In this document: positions 58,985 through 64,000 of the stretch, piece by piece
How the letters are laid out: every line of letters starts with the position of its first letter
Numbering within the stretch: the stretch's first letter is position 1
Notes under the pieces: generated by a model
Database searches by the model: none
What the model was told of the DNA's origin: nothing
Seen by the model: the letters and a program-made list of their open reading frames with translations, nothing else
Program-made: the position numbers and the translations under genes
Origin: Candidatus Kapaibacterium sp.
Lineage (GTDB): Bacteria > Bacteroidota > Ignavibacteria > Kapaibacteriales > UBA2268
Direction of reading: 5' to 3'
Length of the DNA stretch: 64,000 bases
NCBI GenBank assembly: GCA_963664875.1
Contig: OY761611.1
Location: 768,001 to 832,000 of the forward strand

Positions 58985-59491
58985 TTAAATTTCTAACTCG
59001 GTTAGTACTTCTTTTTCCGAAGTGCTCAAAATTCTTTCCAAATCTAACAGTATCAGCAGCCTATCCTCTAATTTCCCGATAGCAGTTATGTATTCTGCAT
59101 CGATACCTGCAACCATCGCAGGCGGAGCTTCTGTAATGCTCTTATTTATTCGAAGTACTTCATTTACAGCATCAACAATAAAACCGATAATTTTGGATTC
59201 TAACTCAACAACAACTATTCTGGTATCTTTATCAGCTTCCTTCTGCACCATATTCAATCGGTGACGAAGATCAATAATTGGTATTACCTTGCCTCTCAGG
59301 TTGATAACACCTTCTACATAGTCAGGTGCATTTGGCACTCTGGTGATGTCCACCATCCTGTTGATTTCCTGCACCTTAAGGATATCAACTCCAAATTCTT
59401 CTTCACCAATATTAAAGCTAACCAGTTGCAGAAGCTCGTCACTCATTACAACACTGTCAACTTTTTGGGCATCATTTTTTTGTACTTTCAT
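58985..59491 (-). CDS. cheW: Chemotaxis coupling protein CheW
   Basis: QLVSF.IGEEEFGVDILKVQEI, VPNAPDYVEGVINLRGKVIPIIDLR, GFIVDAVNEV; GGAGG precedes the ATG at 59491. Confidence 0.95.
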   Translation of the reverse strand: MKVQKNDAQKVDSVVMSDELLQLVSFNIGEEEFGVDILKVQEINRMVDITRVPNAPDYVEGVINLRGKVIPIIDLRHRLNMVQKEADKDTRIVVVELESKIIGFIVDAVNEVLRINKSITEAPPAMVAGIDAEYITAIGKLEDRLLILLDLERILSTSEKEVLTELEI

Positions 59492-59604
59492 TGTGCCTCC
59501 ACAGTTTTGTATTTCAGAACCATATAAAGATATATTTTGTAAACGCAATATACAAATAAATATTTAACAATGCTTAAGAAATACCTATTATTAGCTACTT
59601 ATAA

Positions 59605-62600
59605 CTACTTACTTCCGCCAAATCTCAGCTTAAATTCAAATTTCTTTCTTTCCTGCAACTGGTTTCTTTCTCCGCTTGACTGAGAAATAGAGACCTGGCC
59701 AGAGATATTAGGCAAAATACTATTATCAAATAGTTTAAAGAAAGGTATATTTATTATAATCTGATTATCACCCATATTACCAACGGTTGAACCGAGTTGA
59801 TAGTTTAATCCCAACATCTCACCCGAAAATTTCATCTTTGATTCGCTGAATTCGTCTGAGTTTACTTCAATATCCACACTGCTGACCAAGCCGGTTTTCA
59901 TAAGTATATCAGTTAAATATTTAGATGCCTGCCCTGATAGCAATGCTTTCAAATTGTCCACATCAGAAGCTCCGGTAGCATTGTTATCTGCACCTTTAAG
60001 TCTTCCGAAGACTAATAGATACAAAGCATCTTCTTCAATCTTTTTAGGATCCCCTGTGGCTTCCTCGCCGTTAATTGTGTAAATAAATCTGGTTTTTGGA
60101 AGTTCTTTTGTGCCGCTAACTAATATTTTTACTGTATAATTTTTCTGAACAGGCTTTTCGTATATAATCCCTGTGTATTCGGCTGTCAAATCTAAAGTCG
60201 GGTTTTGCAGGTCACCTGTTGGGAAAGTTATCTCTCCATAGGTATTAAACATCTTAGCAAAATTTAGCACTGATGATTCCAATAATTGCAAAGAGCCTAT
60301 TAGCTGAGCATCTTGCTGGTCTCTTAGCTTTTTGTACAATAGAGGTTGGTTTTTGTCTTTGATGGTAACATCTGCAGACAACTGCCCAAGAAATCCCATA
60401 TCCATCTGAACACTTAATTTGTCTAAAATCTTAATTTTAAGATCGTAATTCATTAGCTCAGCAATATCATCACTTGCTTTAAAGCCTTGACTAATCTGCT
60501 CGGGCATTTCAAGTTTCGCATTGTCTATTGCAATTGTTAAAGTCTCATCTTTATTAATTTTATACTTTAATTTTGAATACTGGAGTTTGCCGGTAACCAT
60601 GTCAGGCATCTTAAGAGAAGCATAGACAACATTAACATCACCCTCAAGATTTGGTTTAAGCAATGTACCCCAAAAATGTAAAGGTCTTTTATCGGTAGAA
60701 ATAACGAAATCGCCATACATATCGGGCATACTTTTTACTGTTGAATTATTCATCACCTGAAATTGATTTGCTTTTATAGTCAAATCAATATAATCCGGCA
60801 AAAAATCTTTTAGAGTAACTATACCCTCTACCTGTGCATTTCCTTTGTATTTTTCTTCCTTTACGTTGCTTAGGTTTATCTTCGTAATATTAATTGTGTC
60901 TTTATTTATCTGTATTTTACCTGATGCATTATACATCAGATTAGTTGCATCCAATCTCATTTGTGATTTTAGCAAATCAACATAGCCTTTCCACGTTATA
61001 TCTTTGTTTTCTTCTCCTGAAATATCCAAATATGCGTCTGCTTCTCCCCTTATATTGCTTACATTAGGAACAAATGGCTCTATAAGTAATAGCGGAAACT
61101 TTTCAGCTCGAGCCATGACTCTGAGCTTTGATTTGTGAAGTGTAGTATCAGAAGATATATTTAAAGGAAACGCAAACACATCTGCATATAGTCTTTTGAA
61201 AACTGTTCCGTTTATATTCGACTCTAATCTTGTATAGCCCGAAAGGTTGTTATCTTTGAGTATCATATCTCCATAGTAATATCCAACCGGATTACTATTT
61301 ACAACAATATCGGCAACGTGAAACTTCATTTTGGCTGATGGATTATCTGTTTGTCCATACACTATTACATTTAGTGAATCTACTTTACCCTGCAACTCTT
61401 CTATATACTCAGTTGCGGCTTCCGGCAATACAGGCATCAGATGATTTAGATTGAAATCAGATAGGCTAATTTGAAGATTGTGAATTTCTTTACTATCGAT
61501 ACTGCCATCAATACTAAATTTTTCAAACTTGTCTCTTTGCATTTCAAAATTATTGATATTAAGACCATATCCAGTGAAATCCAAGTTGATATCACCATTA
61601 TTTTGCCATGTCAATTGGTTCAAATAGGTCAACTTCAAATCAGAAAAAGTTAAGTCCAAACCTACGTCTTTAAGCAAAATAGATCCCTTGTTGTTGATTT
61701 TGAAATCGGAATTGAATTTTGAATCAATTTTATATTCGAATTCTTTTCCGTCAAAATTCCATCGAGTGTGCAAACTGTCTATCAAAAAATCATTAAAAAA
61801 CAAGGGGGCATCATTATCAAATGCAAACTTTATCTCCGAAAATTTCGGCAAAGAGTCTTGCAAGGATAAAGCCAATAATCCATTAAACTGTAGGGAATCA
61901 GTCTGAATATATACATCGTCTGTAGCAAATTTGAGATAGCGAATATCGCACTTGCTAAGCGAAAAATTGCTGCGATTTTGGCTTGCAGAGTAATTGAAAT
62001 CTATATCTGCAACCATATCAAAATCTATATCGCCCATTACACTTCTGACTAATGAAGTGTTTTTTACCTTTGCATTAAAAGATAAATCCTGCTCTACAAA
62101 GCTCCCCTGCTTTTCGTAAATAGTAGAATCTATAGGATTGAACTGCATAGCCGAATCAGGCAGCATAGCATTTATCTTACTTTGGATGAAGTCTGTTAAG
62201 TATCCGGACTGATTGCTCAAGGCGTCAATCAAATCAGAATAATTAAACTTGCCTTCGAGATTCAAATCGAGAAAATCAGATTTGACATTAAAATATCTTT
62301 TATTCTCATCGTAATTGTTTTTTATTGCTAATGCAAACGGCATAAGGTATTTATCTGAAAGCAACATTTCAGAAACGTCAGCTTCCAAGCTCGCTTTAAT
62401 TGTATTTATATCGAAATTTTCTCCGTTTATCTTCAAATCAGCAGATAGAACTGATGGCATCACAGAGTTATTAAGCATCCTTGCAAGATTGATTTTATCT
62501 AAGTTTAAGTCAAAAGAATATTTTGCACCATCCGGATTATTCATATTCAGAATGCCCGAAATTAGAAGTTTGGATTTAGAGTAAGGATCGAAATCTTTTG

Positions 62601-64000
62601 ATAAAGAATCATTCGGAAAAACCATAGATAAAGTATCAATCGAGAAGACTCCTCGTTCCAAGGTTTTTAGAGCAACACTCAAACTCTCATATTTAACATC
62701 AGCAATATTACCCTTACTAGCTTTTACTTTTGCATCAATAAGCATTTTTTCAGGGCTCACTCCCTCGCCTTTGATATCTACAGAACCTGTAAAATCAGAT
62801 GAGAAAGAATTTGATTTTAATATCTTTGCGAAGTTTAATTGCTTAAGATTGACTTTAGCACTGTATTTCAAGTCGTCTTGCAGATTCACGCCCAAATCAC
62901 CTTCAAAGCTTCCGGCTTGGCTCTTGAATGAAGCTTGTGCAGAAACTGTGTCAAGATTCCCTTGAGCATTGAGATAAGAAATTGAAGTTTTACCGATGTC
63001 AGGGATATTTTCCCAAGGGATACCAATTATTTTGTCTGCAAGGGATTTGAAATCTACATAAGATGATTTGATTTTTGTATCAAATGAGAAATCATCAGGG
63101 TTTAACAAGTTCTTCAAATTTCCACTGAGAAATATTTTATCAGCAGCAGAAAGATACTCTAACTCTTCTATGTTGAAGTCATTTAATCTGCCGTTTGCTT
63201 TGATTCTAACATCTTGAATGCCTTTATATTTTATAGGCATTTCGACAAAAACATCGGCAATTTCAGGTTTGAAATTCTCAGTTTCAGCTTCAATCTTAAA
63301 CACAGCTTTTTCGAGATTTGCATCATCGAATACATTATATTCAGTCATAGAGACATCACAACTGATTGTCTCATTGTCTCTTTCAATCAAAGCATTTGTA
63401 GCATAGATTCCTTCAGGTGAAAGTTTCAAATCACCGGAATAATTAGTTATTTTAAGACCGCAGTTTCTCTCTTTAGCACTAAGCCTATCTACCGAAAGCT
63501 CGTAATTGTTTGTAAAAAGATTGGCATGGGCACTTACATCAAGATCCAAGTTATCAAAAATCATATCAGAGTAATTGATTTGCTTTCTGTTATCTGTCAG
63601 TTGCAAAGAGTCTATGAGTTCGAAGCGTCCCTTTTTTATTCTAATTCTATCTACAAAAATTTTGAGATTCGTATTTTCAGTGCTTGCTAAAGTGTCTTCA
63701 GAAGGATAAGCAATATGCTCTACATTCATAGTAGAATCTTTGCTTCGCAATATTTTAATTACCGGGGAATTCAGTTCGATACTTTGGAGAGAAATTGTAT
63801 TATCAATCATAGGAAATGCACTTAATTTGATAAATGCTTCCGGCACGTAAGCCACTGTATCGCATCCGGCAATTAGAGATGCGTTGGTAAGCTTGATGCC
63901 ATTAAAGTTAACAAAATCTATGTCTTCTGCGTAGATTTTGCCTTTCAAACTGCTATTGACGGCATCCAGAGCATATTGCAGTAAATACTGTCTGGTAGCC
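59605..64000 (-). CDS. TamB/AsmA-like (DUF490) translocation module protein, 5' end outside the window
   Basis: Frame is open to the window edge; long beta-taco-like repeats; C-terminal GEITFPTGDLQNPTLDLTAEY, ALYLLVFG. Confidence 0.75.
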   Translation of the reverse strand, partial: ATRQYLLQYALDAVNSSLKGKIYAEDIDFVNFNGIKLTNASLIAGCDTVAYVPEAFIKLSAFPMIDNTISLQSIELNSPVIKILRSKDSTMNVEHIAYPSEDTLASTENTNLKIFVDRIRIKKGRFELIDSLQLTDNRKQINYSDMIFDNLDLDVSAHANLFTNNYELSVDRLSAKERNCGLKITNYSGDLKLSPEGIYATNALIERDNETISCDVSMTEYNVFDDANLEKAVFKIEAETENFKPEIADVFVEMPIKYKGIQDVRIKANGRLNDFNIEELEYLSAADKIFLSGNLKNLLNPDDFSFDTKIKSSYVDFKSLADKIIGIPWENIPDIGKTSISYLNAQGNLDTVSAQASFKSQAGSFEGDLGVNLQDDLKYSAKVNLKQLNFAKILKSNSFSSDFTGSVDIKGEGVSPEKMLIDAKVKASKGNIADVKYESLSVALKTLERGVFSIDTLSMVFPNDSLSKDFDPYSKSKLLISGILNMNNPDGAKYSFDLNLDKINLARMLNNSVMPSVLSADLKINGENFDINTIKASLEADVSEMLLSDKYLMPFALAIKNNYDENKRYFNVKSDFLDLNLEGKFNYSDLIDALSNQSGYLTDFIQSKINAMLPDSAMQFNPIDSTIYEKQGSFVEQDLSFNAKVKNTSLVRSVMGDIDFDMVADIDFNYSASQNRSNFSLSKCDIRYLKFATDDVYIQTDSLQFNGLLALSLQDSLPKFSEIKFAFDNDAPLFFNDFLIDSLHTRWNFDGKEFEYKIDSKFNSDFKINNKGSILLKDVGLDLTFSDLKLTYLNQLTWQNNGDINLDFTGYGLNINNFEMQRDKFEKFSIDGSIDSKEIHNLQISLSDFNLNHLMPVLPEAATEYIEELQGKVDSLNVIVYGQTDNPSAKMKFHVADIVVNSNPVGYYYGDMILKDNNLSGYTRLESNINGTVFKRLYADVFAFPLNISSDTTLHKSKLRVMARAEKFPLLLIEPFVPNVSNIRGEADAYLDISGEENKDITWKGYVDLLKSQMRLDATNLMYNASGKIQINKDTINITKINLSNVKEEKYKGNAQVEGIVTLKDFLPDYIDLTIKANQFQVMNNSTVKSMPDMYGDFVISTDKRPLHFWGTLLKPNLEGDVNVVYASLKMPDMVTGKLQYSKLKYKINKDETLTIAIDNAKLEMPEQISQGFKASDDIAELMNYDLKIKILDKLSVQMDMGFLGQLSADVTIKDKNQPLLYKKLRDQQDAQLIGSLQLLESSVLNFAKMFNTYGEITFPTGDLQNPTLDLTAEYTGIIYEKPVQKNYTVKILVSGTKELPKTRFIYTINGEEATGDPKKIEEDALYLLVFGRLKGADNNATGASDVDNLKALLSGQASKYLTDILMKTGLVSSVDIEVNSDEFSESKMKFSGEMLGLNYQLGSTVGNMGDNQIIINIPFFKLFDNSILPNISGQVSISQSSGERNQLQERKKFEFKLRFGGSK

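Overview
AT-rich chromosomal window from a diderm bacterium of the Bacteroidota/Chlorobiota/Ignavibacteria-Kapabacteria group. This is inferred from T9SS-type C-terminal sorting domains, TAnnTTTG promoter boxes, the FadL plus Ser-rich lipoprotein pair, DUF4956 and DUF3467. Most genes are housekeeping or envelope genes (rlpA, GH57, flippase, glf, murQ, tatC, polyprenyl synthase, murB, aspartokinase, lptF, secG, pyk, cheW, TamB-like), with one tRNA-Leu(TAA). No intact mobile element, CRISPR array or rRNA was seen. The main observations are: (1) a 5.4-kb secreted-protein gene whose wobble positions become almost exclusively A/C in a gradient toward a downstream palindrome, where the strand skew flips; (2) a His-rich RAPP-type arrest-peptide leader upstream of a TonB-dependent receptor; (3) a compact three-way-junction RNA candidate upstream of an RsbW-like gene; (4) a dual-membrane-spanning anti-sigma/ECF pair, with a shared ECF-like promoter motif upstream of surface-protein genes; (5) a catalytically degenerate RAYT/Y1 transposase in the pyk gene run; (6) a lipoprotein with five near-identical 273-bp repeats. 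All family assignments come from motif recognition by eye, not from database searches.
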